Assembly (NCBI GenBank): GCA_000002445.1
Contig: CM000207.1
Span: forward strand, 288,001-352,000
Length of the DNA stretch: 64,000 nucleotides
Direction of reading: 5' to 3'
Source: Trypanosoma brucei
Taxonomy: Eukaryota
The translations under genes and the position numbers were made by a program. Positions 12,255-21,223 of the stretch are shown in pieces. Within the stretch, counting starts at the first letter, position 1; every line of letters begins with the position of its first letter. Under the pieces are notes generated by a model that saw only the letters and a list, made by a program, of their open reading frames with translations, was not told the origin of the DNA and did no database searches.

Positions 12255-12300
12255 AAACAGAGTTGAAGTTAGGGTTAGTGTTAGGGTTATTGGATTGAGG
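12255..12300 (+). repeat. Degenerate TTAGGG telomere-repeat stub downstream of a VSG
   Basis: The string gttgaagttagggttagtgttagggttattggattgagg sits within a T-rich tract that follows the VSG 3'UTR. Confidence 0.5.
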
Positions 12301-12379
12301 TTGTTAATTTTTTGATTGTTTTTTATTTCACTTCTTTTTATTTTTTATTTTTTCTAATTCTTCAATTTTTAAAATTTTA

Positions 12380-12735
12380 TTGATGCAGCGGCTCTTTTTC
12401 TTGATGCGGGATATGACCCTTATTTACCCAGCAAGCATCTTCATTCTTATATTTTTCACCTGCGCCATCTACCTAATTTGTTACTTTTTTGCTTTTGTGC
12501 ATTTTAGCTCGGCATGTAGCGCTGCACGCGGCTTTTTTGTTAACAGTGGCGCGTGGCAGTTTCGCTTCGAGAAACGATTTGCTTTTAAAGAGACGATAAC
12601 AAAAAAATCTTAATATTTGGAAATGGCAAAATATGGAGTTCGGCAGCTAAAGCCAGTCGACGTAGCAGCCTGTACCGGTCGTTGCGCGGCACAGCAACAT
12701 AGCCAAAGTAAGCGGATGAGGCGAGCAGTTAACTG
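12380..12735. repeat. Conserved element, copy A of 2; homologous to 19055-19430
   Basis: By eye it shares about 80% identity with copy B. Both copies contain GATGCAGCGGCT..., gcgctgcacgc, cttaatattt(g/a)gaa(a/g)tggca(a/g)aatatgg and cggcagctaaa(g/a)ccag...cgacgtagcagc...ggcgcggcacagca. Confidence 0.6.
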
Positions 12736-13227
12736 CAGTGTCATCAGGCCACTGCGTGCACATCACCATGCCCCAACAGATCCGGCGGCGACAGTCAAAG
12801 ATCTTAATGCATGGCCCCAAAATCACTAAGTGCATAAATCTACCGCAAAAGCAAAGCAACAAGCCAACAGTAGAGGGACAGAAAAAATGCAAACCACAAA
12901 ACGCAACAGCTGAAGAATACACAAGCGAGGACTGCGAATATGATGCCGCCAAAAACACAGGAATGTAAACCTAAACAAGGAACAGAAACCCCAGCAACAG
13001 GAACAGGAGAGACAAGTTCTGGGGTAGATTGCAGCAAAAACCAAACCCAGAAAACCTGTGAAGCGAAAAACAAGGATGTAAAACCGGGTCAGAAAGCAGT
13101 ATGTGGATGGATAGATTATGTTGACGGCACAGGCAAGCTTCCCAAACCTGAGTGTCGCTCTTTCAGTTTCCTCATCAATAAGAAATTTTCTCTGACGGCA
13201 GATGCTTTCGTGGCTTTGTTAGAATGA
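12617..13227 (+). pseudogene. Orphan VSG 3' fragment (C-terminal-domain cassette), frameshifted
   Basis: ORF 12940-13227 ends ...KAVCGWIDYVDGTGKLPKPECRSFSFLINKKFSLTADAFVALL, a VSG C-terminal domain plus GPI signal. There is no N-terminal domain or signal peptide upstream. The fragment lies in two frames. Confidence 0.7.
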
Positions 13228-13320
13228 TGAGAGTTTAAGCACTCTAAGAATTATTTCTCAATTTTTTGAAATATTGCTATTTAGAAACAATTTACTATAA
13301 TTAATAAATTTGCCACTATG

Positions 13321-13336
13321 TGACATATTTTAACAC
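13321..13336 (+). promoter_or_regulatory. VSG 3'UTR 16-mer, variant TGACATATTTTAACAC
   Basis: One mismatch from the conserved VSG 3'UTR 16-mer TGATATATTTTAACAC. It sits about 100 bp downstream of the stop codon of the VSG C-terminal-domain fragment. Confidence 0.6.
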
Positions 13337-13539
13337 CATTTAGAAGAAAAAAGAAATTTAATGAAATTTAAGGGCTAGAAAATGTAAAAAATGTTTTTAT
13401 GAAAGTGTCATGCTGTTGTTAAGCAGTAGGATATTAGGGTATTAAAAAATAGTGACATTTTAACATGCTTTGTTTTGTTTTCTAATTATGGACATCAAGT
13501 AGGTTTATAATAAAATCAATAGTTAAGAACATTATAATG

Positions 13540-13698
13540 ATAATAATATAAGTGATATTGATAGCGGAGTGTTGTGAGTGTGTATATACTAATATTATAA
13601 TAAGAGCAGTAATAATAATAATAATGATACTAATAATAGAAGAGTGTTGTGAGTGTGTATATACGAATATTATAATAAGAGCAGTAAAAATAATAATA

Positions 13699-13729
<31 letters not shown>

Positions 13730-13878
13730 TAATAATAGGAGAGTGTTGTGAGTGTGTGTATATGCGAATATTATAATAAGAGCAGTAAAAATAATAATAA
13801 TAATGATAATAATAATAATAGAAGAGTGTTGTGAGTGTGTGTATATGCGAATATTATAATGAGAGTGCTGCGGTCACA
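13540..13878. repeat. VSG-upstream 70-bp repeat array, about 4.5 imperfect units
   Basis: The array repeats (TAA/TGA)n, then GAGTGTTGTGAGTGTGTGTATATRCGAATATTATAATAAGAGCAG. (TAA)n runs reach 10 units. Confidence 0.85.
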
Positions 13879-14835
13879 ATTAAACTTTAAAATAGGTGTA
13901 CTTAAAATAATTGAAACTGATCAATGGGAATAAGTAGGTATGCGAGAAAAGGAAGGAAAAAGGAAAGGAGACAAAATGTGCTCAGATTCAAACGACAGTA
14001 TGACGATGGTCATTATTATACACAAAGATATGATAGAGGGGATGATGAGGTAGAAACAATGTGCAGGCCTAATAGAGTTAGAGCGTCACTCGCCCCACCA
14101 CCATCACAGAAATTTGTGATATATAAGTATTAAAAAAAAGATTGGATTTCACATCTCACTATATACTGGATATATTCTTTGCGGAGATGATTGCAGTAGC
14201 AGCAGTAGCAGTAGTTCCAAACGCTACGCTGATGGGAGTCTTATGATGGAAACCGCGTAATTGGAATAGCTAGCACACGGAGCTGGTAAAATTCCTAGCA
14301 TATCTGAACTAAACAGTGACAAAAGATACTTCCATTAAAATAACTATGCGTATAGGTGAAATTTAAGAAATGCAATAAAGGAGTAGAACTCCTCTAGAGC
14401 TCTCGGCACCAGCTGTTGCTAAAACTGAATTATAAAACAAAAACCTGTAGATACACGTTTAAAGAGAAGCTGCACACACTAAGAATACATTTTTCATCAG
14501 ATACATCATAACAATATCAAGTCAATACCTATGTATATAAAACTGTTTCTTAACTAAGCAGCTTAGTAGTACATCTGGCTTATCTTTCATGAGTTTTCTA
14601 CATTTTTTTCTAATAACAGCCTAAAATTATAAAGGTATATTAGGCAATAAAGTTTCGTATGTTGAGAAACTTAACTTTACTGTTTCTATCACATTTAGTG
14701 TGTGTATGCTCTGTATCTATTCAATACAATGAAGTAAATTACATAACAAATATAACAGATAATAATACTAAGAAACCAAGAGCATTTGTGGTTGTGGTTC
14801 AAACTCATGCAACACAAGGATAGTGTAGCCTAACA

Positions 14836-15575
14836 TTGAGAGCCAAACTAAAGCATGTTGAAATTATTAAAATTGTGATAGGAGGTTTGTATAGCCATGT
14901 TAAGAGGCCTAGATGGGTTATGCAATATTTAGAAAATCAGAATTCAAGTGATGAGGATATTGTAATTCATTTGGATGGATCTGATGTTATAGTTAGTGAT
15001 AGAAATAAGTATGAGAGTGCTGTGGAATATTTTATACAAAAAAGTGAATAAACTGTGGAAAAATTCAGTGAGGAGGTTATTTTCAAGGAGAAGCATATTT
15101 CCCCTATTATATTCATGACAACATCCGAGTGTTATCCGCCTAAGTTGGATTTGTTTATGAACTCAGATCACAAGGAGCATGTACAGAGATGTTATTGGTT
15201 TTTTAATGTGGGCTACAGAAAAGAGGAGGATAAGAAGCTACAGCATCTACTAATATAACCTGCAAGTGGAAAATATTGCCTTAGTGGTGGTTTGATAGCC
15301 AGAGTTTGGGCATTTAAAAAATTTGAATATGCTTTTGGAGAGTTACTAAAGGGAAGTGAGGAGTGGTGGTCATACAAGAGTATTTCAAAGCCTCTGCTAA
15401 TATGGAGTGCTACACAAGAAAAGCTGTTGGACAGAGATTTGTTTTGAAGAGAGGAATGATTGGATTGGATTATGAAGAGAGATTCTTTACTATTCCAAAT
15501 AGTGGTGAGATTTTGAATGCACCATTTATTCATTCACTTACCTGGGCAAGCAATTTCGTAGAAAGAAAAGAATGA
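14836..15575 (+). pseudogene. Decayed gene of unknown family in the co-transposed region between the 70-bp repeats and a VSG
   Basis: Three plus-strand ORFs are present. ORFs 14836-15051 and 15055-15258 share a frame and are separated by one TAA. ORF 15363-15575 is frameshifted. I found no recognisable motif. Confidence 0.4.
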
Positions 15576-15944
15576 AGACGATTGTAAAAAATCTTACTTG
15601 GAATAATGAATTGCTAATGTAAAGTCAAAGGTTGAAGACGTAAAAACCACTACAAACATTTTTTGATAACTTTGAAAAAGTGAGCGTAAGATATAACTTT
15701 CGTTGTAGAAATAGACTGTAAAAGGTGCTCTGTTCGTGCCTGAAAAATAGACAGAAAGCAACAAGAAAGTGTGAGTACAGTAATTGGAAACAGAGAATTC
15801 CTGATTTTCGTTATTAACAAAACTGAGTTATTTAAACGCACACAACCTCCAACGGGAGTCAGTCGTGTCTTATTCCAATTTCACTGCGCTTCAAGAGAAA
15901 GGCACCCGAGCTGCAACTTTAAAAGAAATATTCAAAACTGCGCA

Positions 15945-17510
15945 ATGCCACAGATCTCAAGGTGTTCAAGGCACCAATTAACCGTAGCAGCATTGTCGCT
16001 AGTCTTCTCGAATTTAGCAAGAGGCGCGACCACAAACGGCGTAAACGCACCAGCGTACGCAACTTTGTGTGACATTTACAATCTTAAGGATGCTAAACCA
16101 CCAACAGTATGGGCAAAGCAGTTTGATGACGCCCAAAGTTTAATAACGGCCATTTACAATCTGAACATTAGTACCGCAAGTGATACGTGGCTAACAAACA
16201 AAGACGGCGAGTTCGCAAATATCTCCGACAGCGCCGAGAGAGACGGGCAGTTGAAGGAGTGGATTAAGCAAGTCGAAGCGACAACAGCCGCAGACACGAC
16301 CACGGGTAAACCAGGGCCGTACAGCAAAGTACCCAACAACCCCTTCAAACCGATCGCAAACAAGCAAATTGACGCTTTGTACCGGCAAGCGCAAACGAAA
16401 AAAGGAGCCTTCGAGCAAGCTAAGAAAGAAGTAACAGAAGCACACACCAAAGCGAACCGTAAGATTCTGGACGCCATCTACGGCACCGGTAAATCGGCTT
16501 TCGACACTACAGCTTTCACAACCACAAAACAGCAAATGTGTGGCAACGGCAACAACGGCCACGCGAATGTCGGCAAAAACATACTAAACGACATGATCTG
16601 CCTTTGCACGGCGGAAGGCAGCCAATCGGACAAGGCATGCGGAGAGAAAGACATGGGCGAAGTGCAAAGCGACGCGACAGGGGCCGAAGCCGCAGCAGCA
16701 AACCTCGAGGGGGCGTGTACCAAAAAAGAAACAAAACAAGAGCTCTCAGAGGCCCTAATACAAGCGAAGCTAGCAGCGTTTTTCGCACACGTCGGTGCAA
16801 TACCAGACAGCCAAACTGACGCCTCGGTACGATTCGTACTAGGCCAGGCCCAGACAGGCGGCTGTGTAGGATCAAGCAACAAGCAATGCGTAAACTACAA
16901 AGCGCAATTAACTACAGGGGGCGGCGGAATTCCATGGGTCAACCAACTGGAGGAAGCGGCCTCGATTTTACGCAGGGCATCAATAGCATACGCCGAAGCA
17001 GCCCACATCGATGCCGAACTAAAAAGTCTGAAGGCCCAGGCCGCCAGCTTACGCAATGCAGCAGTCATAGGCATTGCTCTGCCTGATATGGCCTCAACAG
17101 AACGCCGCCTCGATAGCCCCAAAGAACTTAGTTAAAGTGCAGAACAAGCTTGTAACAAACTAAATAGTGAACAAAAGTGCAATGCTGATCCGAAATGCAG
17201 TTACGAAACAGAAAGCGATGGCACCAAAAAGTGCAAATATAATGCGACAAAAGCGAAAGAAAAAGGAGTTTCTGTAACACAAGCTCAAACAGGAGGAGGA
17301 ACAACTGCACCCTCAGATAGGTGCACAAAACACAAAGACAAAACGAGCTGTGAAAAGGAAAATGAGGGCCAAAAACCGGCCGAAATTCCGAAAGATAAAA
17401 AATCTGTTTGTGGTTGGATTGAGGAGAAATGCAAAGATTCTTCTATTCTAGCAACTAAAAAATTTGCCCTCAGCATGGTTTCTGCTGCATTTGTGGCCTT
17501 GCTTTTTTAA
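15945..17510 (+). pseudogene. VSG, near-intact, with a single in-frame TAA at 17133-17135
   Basis: A signal-peptide-like start (MPQISRCSRHQLTVAALSLVFSNLARG) at 15945 is in frame with the long ORF. After the TAA the same frame continues through a C-terminal domain, ...CNKLNSEQKCNADPKCSYETESDGTKKCKYNATKAK...SVCGWIEEKCKDSSILATKKFALSMVSAAFVALLF, and reaches a stop at 17508-17510. Confidence 0.8.
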
Positions 17511-17569
17511 GTTCCCCCTCTCAATTTACTAAAAAATTCTTGCTAAAAAATTTTGCTACTTGAAAACTT

Positions 17570-17586
17570 CTTATATATTTTAACAC
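17570..17586 (+). promoter_or_regulatory. VSG 3'UTR 16-mer-like element, variant CTTATATATTTTAACAC
   Basis: It lies downstream of the VSG stop codon and is preceded by ttgctacttgaaaac. Confidence 0.5.
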
Positions 17587-17714
17587 CTTTAAATTCCACC
17601 GAAAAAATTGAGCTGTGTTTGTAAGTTGTAAAGTTTGTGATTCTGTAATTTTCTAATTTTTCTAGCAACTAAAATTTTTTTTTCTTTCCTTTTCCTGTCT
17701 TTTTAATTTTTGTA

Positions 17715-17866
17715 GGTAGGTAGGAGGGGGGGGTAGTTAGGTTAGTTAGGGGGGTTAGGTAGGATTAGGATTAGGATTAGGGTTAGGGTTATGGTTACTC
17801 GGTTAGGGTTAGGGTTAGGGTTAGGGTTAGGATTAGGGTTACTCGGTTAGGGTTAATTTTTCTTTT
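17715..17866 (+). repeat. Interstitial telomere repeat tract (TTAGGG)n, G-strand on the plus strand
   Basis: The tract reads ggtaggtaggagggggggggtagttaggttagttagggggg, then (ttaggg)n with variants ttagga and ttatgg and a ttactcgg spacer. Confidence 0.85.
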
Positions 17867-17879
17867 TTTTTTCTAATCC

Positions 17880-19100
17880 ATTTTTTTTATAAAGTGATGC
17901 AGCGGCTCCTCCTTTTTTATGTGCACCGCCGCAGCCGTTACGATTTATTATGTTTTCATATACCAGGTTGCTTGTTTTTTAATTTTTCAACTTTTTATTA
18001 GTGATGCAGCGACTCCTTTTTTTTTCACTGACGTTTAATTTATTTTTTTTCATATTAGTGATGCAGCGGCTGTTTTATTATGTGGACCCTAACCCTCCTC
18101 CCCCCCACCCCAGACGCCCCCGCGTACGCACCTTTTTTTTTCGTGTTTTTTTGTCTTCTTGATTTTTCGAATTTTTTTTCAATGTTTTATTCGAACTTAT
18201 AATTTTTTTGATTCACTCACAATTTTTAATTATTTTTTTTTAGCCGTGCAGCGGCTGTTTTATTATGCGGACCCTAACCCTCCTCCCCCCCCGCACACCC
18301 GCGCACCCGCACAGTTTTTTTAATTTTAATTTTTTTTACGTTTTGGAATGCGCGAATTTTTTTAGTGCGTTTTTCACAAAGCCTTTTTTACCCTTTTTTT
18401 TGTATTACGTGATTTTATTTTTTTAATTTTCCGATTTTTTGATTTTAGTTTTTTTACGCCACACCCGCGACTTTTTTTGTCTTTTTGGTTTTTCGAATTT
18501 TTTTTCGTTCATTCTTTTGGCTTTTATAATTTTTTTGTTTTTATTTTTTGATTCTATTTTGCATTTGAATTTTTAAGTTTTTTTATTTTTAATTTTTTAA
18601 TTTATTGTTTTTTGCTTTTTAAGTTTTTGACATTTTTTGTTTTTGATTCCTTTTTTTGTCATCGACCGACACAAATTTTCTGTCACCGCCCCTTTTTGTT
18701 CGGCACGGCAGATGCGGTGTTTCGGGTTCAGGTGTTTCGGGTTAGGGGTTAGGGTTAGGGTTACTCGGTTAGGGTTACTTTTTTTCCTTTTCACTTTTTT
18801 TAATTTTTTTTTATGATGCAGCGATTTTTTTCGCAGCCCTGCCGGCAATCCAATTTATTATTTTTATTGTTTCTATTTTACAACACTTTGCTAATTTAAT
18901 TTTTAACTTTTTCTTTAGCGATGCGGCGGCTATTTTATTATGCGGACCCTAACCCTCTCCCCCGCGCGCACCTCCGTTTTTTTAATTTTTTTTGCCGCAT
19001 TTTTCAGCCCCTGTTTTCGAGTTTCTTTCAAATTTTTTTGTTTTTCAACCCAGCGATGCAGCGGCTGTTTTTTCTTCATAAACCCTGACACTTATGCGCG
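17880..19100. repeat. Composite T-rich tract with at least four GATGCAGCGGCT-family units (three followed by inverted CCCTAACCCT) and a second TTAGGG tract
   Basis: GATGCAGCG(G/A)CT-family units lie at about 17893, 18001, 18058, 18246, 18814, 18919 and 19064. The units at 18058, 18246 and 18919 run on into GTTTTATTATG(C/T)GGACCCTAACCCTC(C/T)TCCCCC (through 18108, 18296 and 18969). The others carry the head only. A TTAGGG tract in plus orientation lies at 18719-18778. The remainder is poly-T-rich, low-complexity sequence. Confidence 0.7.
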
Positions 19101-19430
19101 CTACAGCCATCCTCGCTTAAATTTTTTAAATATTCAGCACCTACCCGTGCAGTGGTGTTTGATACTTTTTTGCTTTTTTGAATTTCAGCTCTGCGTTTTG
19201 CGCTGCACGCAGCTTTTCTTTTTACGCTGATGCGTGTCAGTTTCGCTGCAGGAAACGATTTTCCTTTCAAGAGGCGCTAACAAAAAACTCTTAATATTTA
19301 GAAGTGGCAGAATATGGCGCTCGGCAGCTAAAACCAGCCGACGTAGCAGCTTGGACCGGTCGTGGCGCGGCACAGCACCCTAGCCAAAGCAGCCAGAGCT
19401 CTCAAACAATCAGCTGAAGCAGCAGCAGGG
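19055..19430. repeat. Conserved element, copy B of 2; homologous to 12380-12735
   Basis: See copy A at 12380-12735. Confidence 0.6.
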
Positions 19431-19904
19431 CAATGCAGGTGCATCACCATGCCCCAACAGATTAGGCGGCAGATGTAAAACATCTTAATGCTGGGTTCCA
19501 TAAGCACCACTTCCGAAAATACACTGCAAAAACAAAGCAGTAAGCAAACAGTAGAGCAAAAAAATAAATGCAAACTGAAAAACACAACTGCAGGAGCATG
19601 ACCAGAAGCTGACTGCGACAATGATAACACCACAAAGGAATGCAAACCTAAACCAGGATCAGAAAACGCAGCAGCAGGAACAGGAGATGGAGCAAAAAGT
19701 AAGTCTCAACAGTATAAGGACACAGATAGTTGCAAGAATGCACCAGAAGAGAAAAATCTAGCTAAAAATGCAGTCTGTGGTCGGATTTATTTTATTGATG
19801 GTCAAGGAAACGTTGAAGCTTAATGCTGTGATAAAAGTTTTTTTGCAAAAACGAAATTTTCTCTGATCGCCGCTGCTTATATGAGTTTGTTAGCAATTAA
19901 ATGA
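19430..19904 (+). pseudogene. Orphan VSG 3' fragment (C-terminal-domain cassette) with an internal stop
   Basis: The fragment is homologous to 12738-13227. It reads ...KNAVCGRIYFIDGQGNVEA, then a stop, then ...KFSLIAAAYMSLLAIK, then a stop. A 3'UTR 16-mer lies downstream. Confidence 0.7.
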
Positions 19905-20007
19905 TTTTATTACTCTAGTTATTTAATGATTATCGCTCAATTACACGAAAAACAAGAAATTTATAAATTTTTTTATTTTGGGAGAATTTACTAAAAATTC
20001 GAAAATT

Positions 20008-20023
20008 TGATATATTTTAACAC
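20008..20023 (+). promoter_or_regulatory. VSG 3'UTR 16-mer TGATATATTTTAACAC
   Basis: Exact match to the conserved 16-mer as I recall it, about 100 bp after the stop of the C-terminal-domain fragment. Confidence 0.7.
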
Positions 20024-20177
20024 TTTTTTGACAAAATGTACTAATTTTTGAAATTATCAAAAGCTGGTATGATAGTAGGTAATGGGCGTAGTGCCATGCA
20101 CTGATAGTGTGTAAAAATTAAGTACTATTATAATTTGTTTTATTTATTATATGCATATTAGTTATACTTGTATCATT

Positions 20178-20340
20178 AATGGTAATGATGATAGAAGAGT
20201 TGTGTAAGTGTGTATATACTAATACTATAATAACAGCAGTAATAATAATAATAATAATAATATTAATATTAATAATAATAATAATAAAGGAATTTGTGGT
20301 GAGTGTGGACATACTAATATTATTATACGAGTTGTGATGA
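20178..20340. repeat. 70-bp repeat array, about 2 units
   Basis: The array reads gatgatagaagagttgtgtaagtgtgtatatactaatactataataacagcag, then a (TAA)n run, then ggaatttgtggtgagtgtggacatactaatattattatacgag. Confidence 0.8.
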
Positions 20341-21223
20341 ATACTAAATTTCCAGAAAAAATAAAAGCAGTCAGATAAGCGGCAGGGGTGTATTGGAACT
20401 AGTTTATTTAGTAAGTGAGTTTAGAAGTGATAGAGGACGAGAAATATTAAAAGAAGTGCAGAAACTAAGAAAGAAGAATGTTGATTATGAACAGTTTCGG
20501 ATACAAGCATGACGATCGTCATCATGACATGCAAAGGTGATGAAGCACCCATTTAAGAAGCTACAGAATCACGTATACAGGCCTAACGGTGTTGGTGCCT
20601 CATTCAAAGAACCAGCAGCATTAAACAAAAAGGAATGAAAGAATATATGGCATGAAACAGCATGATATGCAGTAAAAAACAAATAGGAATATAGAACAGC
20701 GTGATTATATAGACTCGGAATGACACACCTTATTTTATTTTAAGAATGTATAGACACGGCGGTGGACATGGTTTCATGTATCGTTTGTAATCTGATAATG
20801 GCCAGTTAGATTTAAAATAATAACAGAAGAGTTCTTATTATAAAGTAAAAGCTGGTGCTAACATTTCTCCAGATAATATTTTTAAAGAGAGGAAAGAGGC
20901 TGACTAGCTGTATTTTTGAATGTAATGAAATGGAAAAATAGAACGTGGAGAGCGATGGCCTACAGATAGCACAATACGTTCGGAATAGCCATTAATTCAG
21001 ACCCAAAGATATATGTTGGGACCGCAAAAGGAAACAACAGGAATGAAATCTTTTATCCACAGTAAAAGTAATGCAAAGATTAGGAGCGTATGCATAAACA
21101 ATTTTCAAGTACATTTTGAACCACAGGTGGTAACAATCCATGCTGTTTCCGACGCTGTAACAGTCTGTAGAACCCAATAAAGATTCTTTAACAAAGTTAC
21201 TTTCGTGTTATAAAAGAAAAAAA

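Noticed and set aside
12647-12958. The minus-strand ORF shares RICWGMVM and LCRATTGxxCYVxW motifs with minus-strand ORF 19328-19645, suggesting a conserved antisense gene.
   Set aside because: Both sit in the duplicated conserved-element and VSG C-terminal-domain module, whose DNA is about 80% identical. The apparent protein conservation is a by-product. They also overlap plus-strand VSG C-terminal-domain coding sequence.
13540-13878. The regularly spaced direct repeats could be a CRISPR array.
   Set aside because: The units are the imperfect, AT-rich, TAA/TGA-containing 70-bp repeats that precede VSG genes in trypanosomes. The whole window is eukaryotic (retrotransposon with poly(A) and TSD, telomere repeats, GPI-signal proteins). 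There are no unique spacers and no cas genes.
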